This document shows positions 1 to 12,856 of a stretch of DNA of 64,000 nucleotides, in pieces (position 1 is the stretch's first letter; each line of letters opens with the position of its first letter). The position numbers were made by a program, and so were the translations under genes. The notes under the pieces were generated by a model, which searched no databases, was not told the DNA's origin, and was given only the letters and a program-made list of their open reading frames with translations. The stretch lies in contig CM059433.1 of NCBI GenBank assembly GCA_030390025.1, positions 8,744,001-8,808,000 on the forward strand. Direction: 5' to 3'. This DNA comes from Squalus acanthias. Its lineage: Eukaryota.

Positions 1-370
1 GCTGTTGGAACATTCTTCAATCAGTGCATCAACGGGTGCACTTTAATTTAGGGGAGTGGGTGGTGGATGGAAGCATCAGTGGGACTCCTCATTGAACTCA
101 TCCAAATCCATACGGTCTGGAGTGAGTATTTCAACCTCTACCAAATTGTTAGAAAACTTTTATTCAGTTAATGTTCGAATTTAATTTGAAGACCATTTTT
201 AACACCAAATATAAATAAAATCGTTACTATTCTATATGTGAGCTTTTTTGGAAATTGTAACCATAAGATTAAATGATTGGTGCTTCTGTCGATCTTTAGG
301 GTTAAGGACATTTGTTGAATGCGTTCGTGAAAGCTGAGGCTGCAGCAGGATTCTTGTTTACTGACACTAT

Positions 371-1321
371 GGGCAGGATTTTAACTTGTAGGCAGGTAGG
401 GAGCGGAGGGGCTCGATTGCAGTCGGGATACCCGGGAGAACGAATTTAACGGCAGGGCCTGATTAACATTTTTTTTCTGAGAGGCTGGCTGGCTGTCATG
501 CGGGTAGGCCTGCGGCACCAGGCTGCCACCGGGAAGCAGAGAGAAGGGAGGGATCATAAGCCGGGATCGGAGTGGGTCGGAAGGTTGGGATCGGGGGTAG
601 GGGGGGGGAATCGGAAGGCTGGGATGGGAGGGGGTCGGAGATCGGAGGGTCGGAAGGCCGTGATTGGGTGGGCTGGGGGGGGGGATGTATCAGAAGGCCA
701 GGATGGGTGGGCCGGAGGGGGGGTTGGGGGCCGGCAATCGGAGGCTGGAGTGGGGCCGGGGATCAGAGGCTGAAGGTGGGTTCGGGGCGGGGTCGGGGTC
801 TGGGGACCAGAGGCTGGAGTGGGGCCAGGGGCAGGGACCGGAGGCCTGAGGTGGGTTCGGGGAGGGACTGGGGGCTGGGGATCAGAAACTGGAGGGGGGG
901 ATCAAAGATCAAAGGTCTCGTGGGGCGGGGGTGGAGGTCGGAGGCCTCATGGGGGAGGTTGGGGGGAGATCGGAAGGGTCGGGGGGGGTTCCAATTGCGG
1001 GGGGTGGGTGAGGCAGAGACGCTGGATCCAGCAGGTAAGTGGAAAGGTACTTCACTCCTGGATCCTGCAGTCCTCACCTCTCTTTAGCTGGCGGGTTCTC
1101 CGAGGCCCGGGATACCCGGCCAACCAGAGTTAAATTTAAAATGGAGATTCAAAATGAGGCAGCAGCCTCATTCTAATATTTAAAGTGGAGGTGGGATGGC
1201 CGCCCGCCCCTCATCCGCCTCTGTTAAAACCAGAGCTGGGTGGGTTGGAGGCAGGTTGGGGGTCGGGATTCAAATATCTACCACATTAATCTGCCCATTT
1301 TTGGGGGTTAAAATTGCCCCC
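371..1321. mobile_element. GC-rich non-autonomous TIR element (Harbinger-type MITE, diverged)
   Basis: Starts gggcaggattttaac and ends gttaaaattgcccc (imperfect inverted repeat). Internal degenerate tandem gatcggaggctggagtggggcc-like units; AG|GTAAGT at 1033-1040. Confidence 0.55.
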
Positions 1322-1481
1322 CCCCATACCTCCTAAACATGACTGAATGAGAAAGGCTTGAAGTTTCATATTGGATCTGGATTTGGTTCCCATAATAAAA
1401 ATAATGTTGGATTCTAGAATCTGAAGGCAAGTTGCATTCATCAAATGCAAACCCAAGAAGGGGAAGCAGAACAACAACATT

Positions 1482-3505
1482 ATACAATCGCAAAATCCTG
1501 CGGCTGCTGGGAATCTGAAACAACAACAGAAAAAGCTGGAAACACTCAGCAGGTCGGGCAGCATCCGTGGAGAGAGAAACAGAGTCAACGTTTCAGGTCG
1601 ATGACCCTTCGTCAGAACTGGAAAAGGTTAGAGAAGTAACAAATTTTTAAGCAAGTGCAGGGGGCAGGGAAAGGGGGGAGGGGAGGAAAGAACAAAAGGG
1701 AAGGTCTGTGATTGGCTGGAAGGCAGGAGAGGTTAAGAGACAAAAGGGATGATGGTGCGAGGCAAAAGGAGATGGGAATGGGACAAGTTAAGAAACAAAA
1801 GATGACTGTAGATGAAGTGTAAATGACAATGGCAGAATCATCAACAGCTGCCATGTGAGAGAGAGAAAAGAAAACATAGGGGTCGAGGTTATGGTCTGAA
1901 ATTGTTGAACTCGATGTTGAGTCCAGAAGGCTGTAAAGTGCCTCATCGAAAGATGAGGTGCTGTTCCTCGAGCTTACATTGAGCTTTGTTGGAACAGTGT
2001 AAGAGGCCGAGGACGGTGAGGTCAGAGTGGGAACGGAGCGGAGAATTAAAGTGACAGGCGACCGGAAGCTCAGGGTCACGCTTACAGACTGAATGGAGGT
2101 GTTCCGCAAAGCGGTCACCCAATCTGCGTTTGGTCTCCCCAATGTAGAGGAGACCGCATCGTGAGCAGCGAATACAGTATACTAAATTGCAAGAAGTACA
2201 AGTAAATCGCTGTTTCACCTGGAAGGAGTGTTTGGGGCCCTGGACAGTGGGAAAGGAGGAGGTAAAAGGGCAGGTGTTGCCTCTCCTGTGATTGCACAGG
2301 AAGGTGCCAGGGGAAGGGGTGTTGGGGTGCTAGAGGAGTGGATCAGGCTGTCGCGGAGGGAGCGGTCCCTTCGGAATGCTGAAAGGGGAGGGGAGGGGAA
2401 GATGTGTTTGGTGGTGGGATCACGCTGGAGGTTGCGGACATGGCGGAGTATGATCCGTTGAATGTGGAGGTTGGTGGGGTGGAAGGTGAGGGCAAGGGGA
2501 ACCCTATCGTGATTCTGGGAGGGAGGGGAAAGGGGTGAGAGCAGAAGTGCAGGAAATGGAACGGACACGGTCGAGGGCCATGTCAACCACGGTAGAGGGG
2601 AATCCTCGGTTGAGGAAAAAGGAAGACATTTCGGAAGGTGGCATCGTCAGAACAGATGCGGCGGAGACGGAGAAACTGGGAGAATGGAATAGAGTCCTTA
2701 CAGGAAGCGGGGTGGGATGAAGTGTAGTCCAGGTAGCTGTGGGAGTCAGTGGGCTTATAGTGGATGTTTGTCGATATCCTATCCCCAGAAATGGAGACAG
2801 AGAATTCAAGGAAGGGAAGAGTCGGAGATGGACCATGTGAAGGAGAGGGAAGGGTGGAAATTGGAAGCAAAGTGAATGAAATTTTCTAGTTCAGGGCGAG
2901 AGCAGGAAACGGTACCAATACAGTCATCAATGTACCGGATGGGGACTGGTTGGGCCTCTGTTCAAGGAAGAAGTGGAGCGCCCTCAGGCCATCCTGATGG
3001 GGGATGGAGGTGTAGAGGGATTAGACGTCCATAGTGAAAAGTAGATGGTTGGGGCCAGGAAACTGGACAAGGGGAGAAAAAATAGAGTCGAAATAGGAAG
3101 AAATCGGTTCCGTGGGGCAAGAACAGGCTGAAACGATGGGTCTACCAGGACAGTCCTGTTTGTGGATCTTGGGAAGGCGGTAGAAGCGGGCTGTGTGGGA
3201 TTGGGGGACTATGAGGCTGACAGCCATGGAGGGAAGATCTCCAGAGGAGATGAGGTCAGTGACAGTCTTGGAAACAATGGCTTGATGTTTGGTAGTGGGG
3301 TCATGGTCCAGGGGGCGTTAGGAGGAGGTGTCGGAGAGTTGGCGTTCAGCCTCCGCACGGTAGAGGTCGGTTCGCCAAACAACAACGGCACCACCCTTGT
3401 CAACAGATTTAATGACAATGTTGGGGTTGGATCGGAGAGAACGGAGTGCTGTATGTTCAGAGGGAGGTAGGTTGGAGTGAGTGAGGGGAGCAGAGAAATT
3501 GAGAT
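1482..3505 (-). mobile_element. Penelope-like retroelement, family A (decayed RT + GIY-YIG + pLTR)
   Basis: Minus-strand ORF fragments: ARFYRLPKIHKQDCPGRPIVSAC..LLFTMDV (PLE RT), TNIHYKPTDSHSYLDYTSSHP..IPFSQFLRLRRICS (thumb) and NLVYCIRCSRCGLLYIGETKRRLGDRFAEH (GIY-YIG). Frameshifts and internal deletions present. Confidence 0.9.
1583..1619 (-). ncRNA. Minimal type I hammerhead ribozyme motif (PLE family A)
   Basis: Minus strand reads agtt-CTGACGA-a-gggtc(atc)gacct-GAAA-CG-T-T-gact: intact core, stem I, stem II and palindromic ACGT stem III. Confidence 0.65.
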
Positions 3506-3953
3506 GGAGCCCAGGATTCTACTCACCTTCTGGGTCTGATTTTGGAAATTTGGATGAATTATCTTATTAACGTTAAAAACTATATTGCGCATTTCTGGAT
3601 CACCTTAGAATCGAGCCAACTAACACTCCCAGATTTGGCAGGAAACTCGTGCATGAGATCATGGCCTCAGACATGTCTGGACTGCTGAAGAACCCTGTTG
3701 TTTTTGTATAAACCCTCTACTTTTATTAGTTAATCATTTTAACTTATCTATGAATGCTGGAATAGCCCCATCTCCATCATCTTCTATTGCTTTCTGTCAT
3801 TCTCCAACAAGAAAATATACTTGCAAATGGCAAAGCCAGGTGGAAAGCATTAGTGCGAAGGAGAAAAGAAGCCCAAATGATTGATGCTGGGCTAGTCCCT
3901 GCTACCCACGTGATGGACTCTGTTTGACACTTTTAACCATGTTTCTGTTTCAG

Positions 3954-4026
3954 GTGCGAGTCAATGCCCGAGGAACGCAGCTCACAACTGAAAATCTCAT
4001 GCCTCGAATTCGCCCAATTTTTGACA
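3954..4026 (+). CDS. Candidate internal coding exon of an unidentified host gene (VRVNARGTQLTTENLMPRIRPIFD, phase 0 to 1)
   Basis: Branch-like ttttaac, pyrimidine tract gtttctgtttcag| acceptor, and |gtaagg donor. 73 bp, non-repetitive, CpG-retaining, open frame. Confidence 0.6.
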
Positions 4027-4054
4027 GTAAGGCCTGCAATGTATTACAATAATT

Positions 4055-4804
4055 GGGCCAGAAATTCGGCTTTCTGGCTTCCTGCGGGTGCAAGCATCGC
4101 GCGCATACTTGCCTACCGTGCCTGCCGTTGTGCTTTGGGCCCATGAGGACTTCGGCTCCTGGGCCTCCTCCAGCTGCCGGCGCGCAGTGCTTGCGTATCC
4201 CAGGGGCGCAGTTAGTTCGAAGCGTCCCCTGGGATCACGTGGGCCATGGAGAGCCAATCCTAACAGGGCATTTTCATTCATAGATTTGACAGGAAGACCT
4301 GTCAAATCTATGAATAGAGATCGGCCCCAAAACCACACTTAAACTTCAAATAATTTTTTTTTTAATCACATTTTTAAAATAAGTATAAGTTACATAAATA
4401 GTTAAATTTAAATTTTTGAAAAAATGAATTATACTTTTTAACGGTGCTAAAAATAAACTTACCTTTCTTTAAAGTATCTAAAAAAGATAAACCTGTTGAA
4501 AAAATGTTTAAATTGTAATTAATTAACCACTTACCTTGTTAAAAACAGGCCTTGCGCCTCCTTTTTAAAAGTGCAGCTTCTCCATACTTACCCTCCCGGA
4601 GAAACCTGAATAAAAAAACGAAGCTCGCTGCGTGCGCGCAGCCTCTCCCGCGCACGCGTTCGACTTCTGAACCCCTCCCTTCAGGGGAACGGAAGTTCCG
4701 GTTTCCCGCGCATGCGCAGCGCGTGCGTGAAACCGGCACTTCAGGTGGCCTTACGGGTGAGTACACAGCGCGTATTCACCCGACAAGAGCCGAATTTCTG
4801 GCCC
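4055..4804 (-). mobile_element. Harbinger-type MITE, family H1
   Basis: Perfect 17-bp TIR gggccagaaattcggct/agccgaatttctggccc, 3-bp TSD ATT, AT-rich core, 18-bp hairpin at 4276-4315. Inverted paralogue at 16858-17623. Confidence 0.85.
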
Positions 4805-5647
4805 ATTTTACCTGCACAATGTATTCTGTGGTACACAATCCAGAATTAAATCCAGCTATACTTTGCAGCTGTACTGCAGCAAGATACAGTTCAAACCAGG
4901 CAGAAGCCGGGGCCCTGAGCTGAATTAATAATGATCATACTTCAAGCACTGGACTTCAACCAGTTTTTGAAACCGTTTCATTTCTGACAGGGTGGTATAA
5001 CCCAAAATGTACAACAGAGCCTGTCTAAGATGAACCACCATTCACATTAAAATAATACTGTGGCACCATCTCATCTTTCCCTCTATCAGTTCATGAGTTT
5101 GTTAAATATAATGTGCTGTTCTGTCCCATGATGAAAATTGTTTTCAGGAGCGACTCTTGATGTTTTCCTGGTATTTGATGCTTTGTAAAGTAACACAGTT
5201 GTGTAAGTAAATGCAAACGTGACATAAAATCTGTCAAAGACATTATTTAAACACTTAGAGAATCGTAGAATCATACAGCACAGAAGGAGGACATTCGGCC
5301 CATCGTGCTGTGCCGGCTCTTTGAAAGAGCTCTCCAATTAGTCCCACTCCCCTGCTCTTTCCCCACAGCCCTGCAAATTGTTCCTTTCAACCTAGAAGTC
5401 GAAATTGAAATGATGAGGTCAATATGTTGACCCGGGTCGACCATTTGTAGCTCCCAAAGGGTTAACTATAGTAAGTGGCCCTTTGGAGATCATACACGAA
5501 TGTGCACAGCTTTGCTTTTCCTCGCGGGTAAAATAGTCTGTATCTTTCAAGCGGCTTCCAATGACCAAAACCCCCCGCTGCATCTGTAACCTGCAAACGG
5601 AGTTCGCAGACCACCGCAAAAGAAAATGAGAACTGCTGCTTATTGAA

Positions 5648-6036
5648 CTGATCTTATTGAAACATATAAGATACTGAGGGGGCTCGACAAGGTAGATGCA
5701 GAGAGGATGTTTCCCCTCGTGGGGAAATCTAGAACTCGGGGGCACAGTTTCAGAATAAAGGGTCGCCCTTTTAGAACTGAGATGAGGAGGAATTTCTTCT
5801 CCCAGAGGGTCGTAAATCTGTGGAATTCTCTGCCCCAGCGAGCTGTGGAGGCTGGGTCATTAAATACATTTAAGGTGGAGATAGACAAATTTTTGAACAA
5901 TAAGGGAGTGATGGGTTATGGGGAGCGGGCAGGGAAATGGAGCTGAGCCCAAGATCAGCCATGATCTCATTAAATGGCGGAGCAGGCTCGGGCGGCCAAA
6001 TGGCCTACTCCTGCTCCTATTTCTTATGTTCTTATG
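5648..6036 (+). mobile_element. CR1 LINE 3' fragment
   Basis: MFPLVGKSRTRGHSFRIKGRPFRTEMRRNFFSQRVVNLWNSLP motif followed by 3'UTR and (ttcttatg)n tail. Confidence 0.9.
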
Positions 6037-6659
6037 CTGTTAGTCTTCACCACATAACCCACAGCCACTCAGAAACTGGACAGACTGCAACAGGTTAAAA
6101 AAAAAAATAGACTGGTCAGCGCGCTTGTCTGCGCTGACTACAGTGCCTGTGGCAGCTGTCAGGAAATAAATAGAAGAAACAGCCGCAGATAAAGTGTTGG
6201 ATGTTTTAAAAAGTAGCAGAAGATAGACTCTGTGACAGGAAGTTGAGGTGTCAGGCCACTGAGCGATATGCTGCTTGCACACACATTGGCATTAAAGAAT
6301 GGAACCACCAGATAATGAGCAAGAGGACACAGCTGTCACTGGGATGATGAAGTAACTCCAAGGAAGTCAAACTTTGTCTGTGGTAAGGTACCCCACACTT
6401 TGTTTTCTTTGTATCATGGTTTTTTTTCCTCCTCGGTTTTTTTTTTAGTCGGAGTTTCTCTCTTCTGTTGATTTCACAATCTCGGAGCATTTTATCCTTC
6501 TACATACTTCATCCGTTGCTCACGTTCTTTTCTCTTTCAGTGCGGATTTCATGAACACAACCACAAACTGCAGATGACTTAAAGTCACAGAAACCCCGTT
6601 CCAGCGGCACGGGGTAGAAAATCACAAAGGCAGATATCGGAACATCGGAGCGTTGATAC

Positions 6660-7195
6660 TTTACCCAACAAAGATCCATCAGTTTCAGTCGTGAAAATTT
6701 CAAGTGACCCCCCCACCCCCCCACCCAGCAACCACAGGCTTTTGGGGGGAGCGAGTTCCAGATTTCCACTACCCTTTGTGTGAAGAAGTGCTTCCTGATT
6801 TCACTCCTAAATAGCTTAGCTCTAATTTTAAGACTATGTCCTCTCTTGTTCTGGATTCCCCCACCAGAGGAAATAGTTTCTCTGTATCTACCCTATCAAA
6901 TCCCTACCTTGAATAGATCATCCCTCAACCTTCTAAACTCAAGGGAATGGAAACCAAGTTTATGCAGCCTGTCCTCATAAATTAACCCTTTAAGAAAGAA
7001 AGACTTGTATTTCTATAGCGCCTTTCACAACCGCCGGACGTCTTAAAGCGCTTTACAGCCAATGAAGTACCTTTGGAGTGTAGTCACTGTTGTAAGCCCT
7101 GGTATCAATCTGGTCAATCTGCACTGTAGCCCCTCCAAGGCCAATATATCTTTCCTGAGCTTCGATGCCCAAAAACTGAATGCAGTGACTCTAGA
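6660..7195 (-). mobile_element. Degenerate CR1 3' fragment interrupted by a DeuSINE-like 3' fragment (~6993-7093)
   Basis: Reverse-complement similarity to other CR1 copies in the window; SINE tail aagaaagaaagacttgtatttctatagcgcc. Confidence 0.6.
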
Positions 7196-7214
7196 TGGGG
7201 ATAGACCAAGGCTC

Positions 7215-7828
7215 TTGGTTGCAAGAGGATTTGAGTACAGGAGCAAGGATGTCTTACTACAGTTATACAGGGCCTTGGTGAGACCACACCTGGAGTACTG
7301 TGTGCAGTTTTGGTCTCCTTACCTAAGAGGGAGTGCAGCGAAGGTTCACCAGACTGATTCCTGGGATGGCAGGACTGTCGTATGAGGAGAGATTGGGTCG
7401 ACTAGGCCTGTATTCACTAGCGTTTAAAAGAATGAGATGGGATCTCATTGAAACGTATAAAATTCTGACAGGGCTAGACAGATTGGATGCAGGGAGGATG
7501 TTTCCCCTGGCTGGGGGGTCTAGAACGAGGGGTCACAGTCTCAGGATACGGGGTAGGACATTTAGGACTGAGATGAGGAGAAATTTCTTCACTCAGGAGG
7601 GTGGTGAACCTGTGGAATTCTCAACCACAGAAGGCTGTGGAGGCCAAGTCACTGAATATATTTAAGAAGGAGATAGATAGATTTCTAGACACAAAAGGCA
7701 TCAAGGGGTATGGGGACAGAGCGGGAATATGGTATTGAGATAGAGGATCAGCCATGATCATATTGAATGGCGGAGCAGGCTCGAAGGGCCGAATGGCCGA
7801 CTCCTGCTCCTATTTTTCTATGTTTCTC
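7215..7828 (+). mobile_element. CR1 LINE 3' fragment
   Basis: ARGFEYRSKDVLLQLYRALVRPHLEYCVQFWSPY and QRRFTRLIPGM..RTRGHSLRIRG motifs, with 3'UTR. Confidence 0.9.
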
Positions 7829-8049
7829 TGTACAATTGAAGCTGGTGCTGGCTGCCTCAGGCCAAACCAATGGGTCCCAACGCCTGTTCGAGGCGTGGGT
7901 ACTCGATGCCGATTTTCTGTCTTTTCCCAATGTAGCGGGCGGCGCACTTCCGGCCGGAAATGTGAGGGTGCTTCCTGCCCGCCATTTTTGGGGGCTTAGG
8001 AGGCCAGTTTGTGCCCGAGAAACACGGCCAAATTTATAGGTCAAAATCT

Positions 8050-8590
8050 CCCATTATAGTAACTTTGTTTTTGCTACATGCTTCCCTGATATTGATACAT
8101 CCCCTCACTATATCATTACTATCAAGAATGCTGTAGACAACTCGTATGAGAGTCTTGCATCCTTTCCTGTTCCTTAACTCTACCCATACTGTTTCTACTG
8201 ACCGATCACCCTGACTGAAACCCCTCCTTTTCTAATGCGGTAATTTTGTCTTTTTTATCAATATTGCTACTCCTTCTCCTTTCTCAGCTTCCTTGTCCTT
8301 TCCTAAAGATCCTATAGCCCGGAATAGTTAGCTCCCAATCATTCTCAGATTGTAGCCAGGTCTCTGAAGTGGCGACTACTTCCTACCCTTTGAGCTGAAT
8401 CTGAACTTCTAACTCACTTGTTTCACTTCTTATACTAGGTGCACTCGTGTACAGAACTCTTATCTGGGTAACTGTCCCCCCCCGCCCTGCCCATATGTCC
8501 AGCTGTCTTCTTTTTTTCCTCACACTTTTTCACTTAGAGTGTGAATTTTTCCCCTCCCACTCCCCCAACTAGTTTAAATCTTTCCCTGCT
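8050..8590 (-). mobile_element. Old CR1 fragment, AP-endonuclease region
   Basis: Minus strand gives remnants VVATSETWL and IFRK..KGEGVAILIK, typical of a LINE ORF2 APE domain; frameshifted. Confidence 0.55.
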
Positions 8591-8961
8591 GTGTAAAGGT
8601 ACTGATTCCACATATAAAACTTTTACCCTTTATGACCTCAGGAAATGTAACTCCTACAAGATACATGGCAGAAGATAACCCGTCAGTAATTCTTACACTA
8701 ACTTCACCAGCATGTGTTAAATGGAGGACTGCACGTTCGGGCTAATTGGGATGTTATTGATGTCAGTTTACAAATTCCAACGTAGCTTTACCACAGTAGC
8801 AAAATCTTTTCCGCTTGTGGTTTAAAAGCATCGAATTACCCACAGACTTGGGGCGAATGTAATGAATTTAATTTACACTATAAATTCTGAATACTTATAT
8901 GGTGTATTGTACAGGAGTTCAAAATCACACTCAACATAGACATTAGCCTATGCCGGACTGA

Positions 8962-9610
8962 AATGGCATGTTGGCCTTTATTGCAAGGGGGTTGGAGTAT
9001 AAGAGTAAGGAAGTCTTGCTACAATTGTACAGGGCCTTGGTGAGACCACACCTGGAGTACTGTGCACAGTTTTGATCTCCTTATCTAAGGAAGGATATAC
9101 TTGCCTTGGAGGCGGTGCAACGAAGGTTCACTAGATTGATTCCTGGGATGAGAGGGCTGTCCTATGATGAGAGATTGTGTAGAATGGGCCTATACTCTCT
9201 GGAGTTTAGAAGAATGAGAGGTGATCTCATTGAAACATACAAGATTCTGAAGGGGATTGACAGGGTAGATGCTGAGAGGTTGTTTCCCCTGGCTGGAGTG
9301 TCTAGAACTAGGGGGCATCGTCTCAGGATAAGGGGTAGGCCATTTAAGGCCGAGATGAGAAGGAATTTCTTCACTCGGAGGGTTGTGAGTCTTTGGAATT
9401 CTCTGCCCCAGAGGGCTGTGAATGCTGAGTCTTTGAGTAGATTCAAGGCTGAGATAGATAGATTTTTGGACTCTAGGGGAATCAAGGGATACGGGGATGG
9501 GGCGGGAAAGTGGAGTTGAGGTCGATGATCAGCCATGATCTTATTGAATGGCGGAGCAGGCTTGAGGGGCCGTATGGCCTACTCCTGCTCTTATTTCTTA
9601 TGTTCTTATG
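8962..9610 (+). mobile_element. CR1 LINE 3' fragment
   Basis: ORF 9106-9519 is a CR1 ORF2 C-terminus; (ttcttatg)n tail. Confidence 0.9.
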
Positions 9611-10817
9611 AAATGATTCTTATGGAACAGAGCAAGTGCGGCCATGTAAAATGTGCCAACCATGGCAGTCGTCGTCCTTCTCATTGTTGGTCTTTATGAG
9701 CACTGATTATTTATCTTCAGGAAAAGTCCTCGGTTATTGACAGTGTAGTAATTATTGCGAGTTCTTTGCTCCAGAAGAAAGCACCAAGGTCACCCCTAGC
9801 CATGTCTGGATGAATAGGTTACGGTCCTTTCAAAACTCCAAAAAAGTACTTCATTGGCTGTAAAGCGCTTTGAGAAGTCCGGTGGTCGTGAAAGGCGCTA
9901 TATAATTGTAAATCTTTTGTGTCTTTTTTTCTTTTAAGGGAGGAAGAGGATAGAAAGGTGGTGAAGGAGGACGAATATGGGAGTTTCAGGCAGGAGCTGC
10001 CATCCTCAAAGGATCTGGAGGCTGCTCCAAAAATGGGGATTTTTTTTGTTCTTTCATTTTTATTTTTGTGGGGTCAGGAGTGCCCACAAAATACCTCAGG
10101 TCCATTGTTGGCCGGGTAAGGCACAACCTCCAGGATTGCCTCAGACTTCCCTTACTCCCGCCCACCCCCACTCCCCTCCACCCCTCCACCCCTCCACCCA
10201 ACCCCCGGCTCCAACTGGCGCGCTGCCACAGCGAGTAGTTTGCCACTCAGATCTCGTTGGCGGTGTGTAAATGAGGCCCAGGCCTCAAAGTGGCGCCTGT
10301 CGATAACAACAGGTGTGTTCCGACCGCCCATTGTGTACCTCAAATTAAAATCGGCCTTTACATCTGTGACAGGTGTCCAAGAGAAGGGCCAATTCAAATA
10401 CAAGCACAGAATCATAGAACCATAGAATCATAGAATGGTTACAGCACAGAAGGAGGCCGTTCGGCCCATCAAGCCCATGCCGACTCAGCTAGTCCCACTC
10501 CTGCCCTTTCCCCTGTAGCCCTGCAATTATTTTTCCTTCAGGTACTTATCCAACTCCCTTTTGAAAGCCATGATTGAATCTGCCTCCACCACCCTTTCAG
10601 GCAGTGCATTTCAGATCCTAACCACTCGCTGCGTAAAAATGTTTTTCCTCATGTTGTCTTTCGATCTTCTGCCAATCACTTTAAATCTGTGTCCTCTAGT
10701 TCTCGACCCTTCCGCCTATAGGAACAGTTTCTCTCTATCTACTCTGTCCAGACCCCTCATGATTTTGAACACCTCGATCAAATCTCCTTTCAATCTTCTC
10801 TGCACTAAGGAGAACAA

Positions 10818-11332
10818 GAAATCATCGAGCAGAAACTGATAGCCAAGTTCCGCACTCATGAAGACGGTCTCAACCGGGATCTTGGGTTTATGTCACGATA
10901 CATGACGTGATCCGGACTCGAGTCGTCGTTGGCTTGTTCACAGATGTGATTCCCAGTAAAAAAGTAAAAATTTTCCCAGTAAAAAAGTAAAAATTTTAAA
11001 GCTTTTCGTTTTACATACAGACAGCAGCTTTTGACACGTTAGAACCCCTGCGACTACACCTCATTGTCTCAGTTGTATCTTGCTATGTCTTTGATGTGGT
11101 ACCTTCCTGGCTGACCTGATTGCCTTTTGTCACACCTCGGCAGATAAACAGTCAGGATGATTAAATTTAGTCGTCTACCATTGTAAGGTACACATGCATT
11201 GTTCTCTATCTATATATGCTTTGGCGATTCTGTATCTCTTTACTTCACTCGACGAAGGAGCAGCAGCTCCGAAAGCTTGTGATTTCAAATAAAACTGTTG
11301 GACTATAACCTGGTGTTGTGCGACCTCTCAAT
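10818..11332 (+). mobile_element. Penelope-like element family B, 3' fragment
   Basis: Encodes end of GIY-YIG (IIEQKLIAKFRTHEDGLNRDLGFMSRY); near-identical to 13165-13652. Confidence 0.85.
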
Positions 11333-11559
11333 TTCATAAATAGAGGCATAGAGTACAAAAGCAAGGTAGTTATGATGAACCTTTATAAAACACTGGTTCG
11401 GCCTTCAACTGGAGTATTGTGTCCAATTCTGGGCACCGCACTTTAGGAAGGATGTGAAGACTTCAGAGAGGGTGCAGAAAAGATTCACAAGAATGGTTCC
11501 AGGGATGAGGGACTTCAGTTACGTGGATAGACTGGAGAAGCTGGGGTTGTTCTCCTTAG

Positions 11560-11773
11560 ACAAAATTGAGAGGTCGCACAACACCAGGTTATAGTCCAAC
11601 AGTTTTATTTGAAATCACAAGCTTTCGGAGCTTACTACTCCTTCGTCGGGACGAAGGAGTAGTAAGCTCCGAAAGCTTGTGATTTCAAATAAAACTGTTG
11701 GACTATAACCTGGTGTTGTGCGACCTCTCAATTTTGTCCACCCCAGTCCAACACCGGCATCTCCGCATCATGA
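11560..11773. mobile_element. PLE family B fold-back (inverted pLTR pair)
   Basis: 11560-11648 is the reverse complement of 11650-11739; ends with the family 3' terminus ..ggcatctccgcatcatg. Confidence 0.85.
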
Positions 11774-12856
11774 CCTCTATTTATGAAGCCCAGGATCCTG
11801 TAGGCTTTAATAACCGCTTTCTCAACCTGCCCTGCCACCTTCAACGATTTGTGCTCATATACCCCCGGGTCGCTCTGTTCATGCACCCCCTTTAGAATTG
11901 TACCCTTTAGTTTATATTTCCTCTCCTCGTTCTTTCTACTAAAATGTATCACTTCGCACTTTTCTGCATTAAATTTCATCTGCACGTGTCCGCCCATTCC
12001 ACCAGTCTGTCTATGTCCTCTTGAAGTCTATCACTATCCTCCTCACTGTTCACTATACTTCCAAGTTTTGTGTCATCTGTAAATTTTGAAATTGTGCCCT
12101 GTACACCCAAGTCCAAGTCATTAATATATATCAAGAAAAGCAGTGGTCCTAGAACCAACCCCTGGGAAACACCACTGTATACCTTCCTCCAGTCCGAAAA
12201 ACAACCGTTCACCACGACTCTCTGTTTCCTGTCACTTAGCCAATTTCGTATCCATGCTGCCATTGTCCCTTTTATTCCATGGGCTTCAACTTTGCTGGCA
12301 AGCCTATTATGTGGCACTTTATCAAATGTTTTTTGGAAGTCCATGTACACCACATCAACCGCATTGCCCTCATCAACCCTCTGTTACCTCATCAAAAAAT
12401 TCAATCAAGTTAGTTAAACACGATTTGCCTTTAACAAATCCGTGCTGACTGCCCTTAATTAATCCGCACTTGTCCAAGAGACTGTTCATTTTGTCCCGGA
12501 TTATCGTTTCTAAAAGCTTCCCCACTACCAAGGTTAAACTGACTGGCCTATAGTTGCTGAGTTTATCCTTACACCCTTTTTTGAACAAGGGTGTAACATT
12601 TGCAATTCTCCAGACTTCTGGCACCATCCCTGTATCCAAGGAGGATTGGAAAATTATGGCCAGTGCCTCCGCAATTTCCACCTTTACTTCCCTCAGCATC
12701 CTAGGATGCATCCCATCCGGTCCTGGTGACTTATCTACTTTAAGTACAGCCAGTCTTTCTAGTACCTCCTCTTTATCAATTTTTAGCCCATCCAGTATCT
12801 CCTCTACCTCTTCCTTCACTATGACTTTGGCAGCATCCTCTTCCTTATTAAAGACA

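Noticed and set aside
52..121. Possible exon (atttag|..|gtgagt)
   Set aside because: No polypyrimidine tract and no recognisable peptide.
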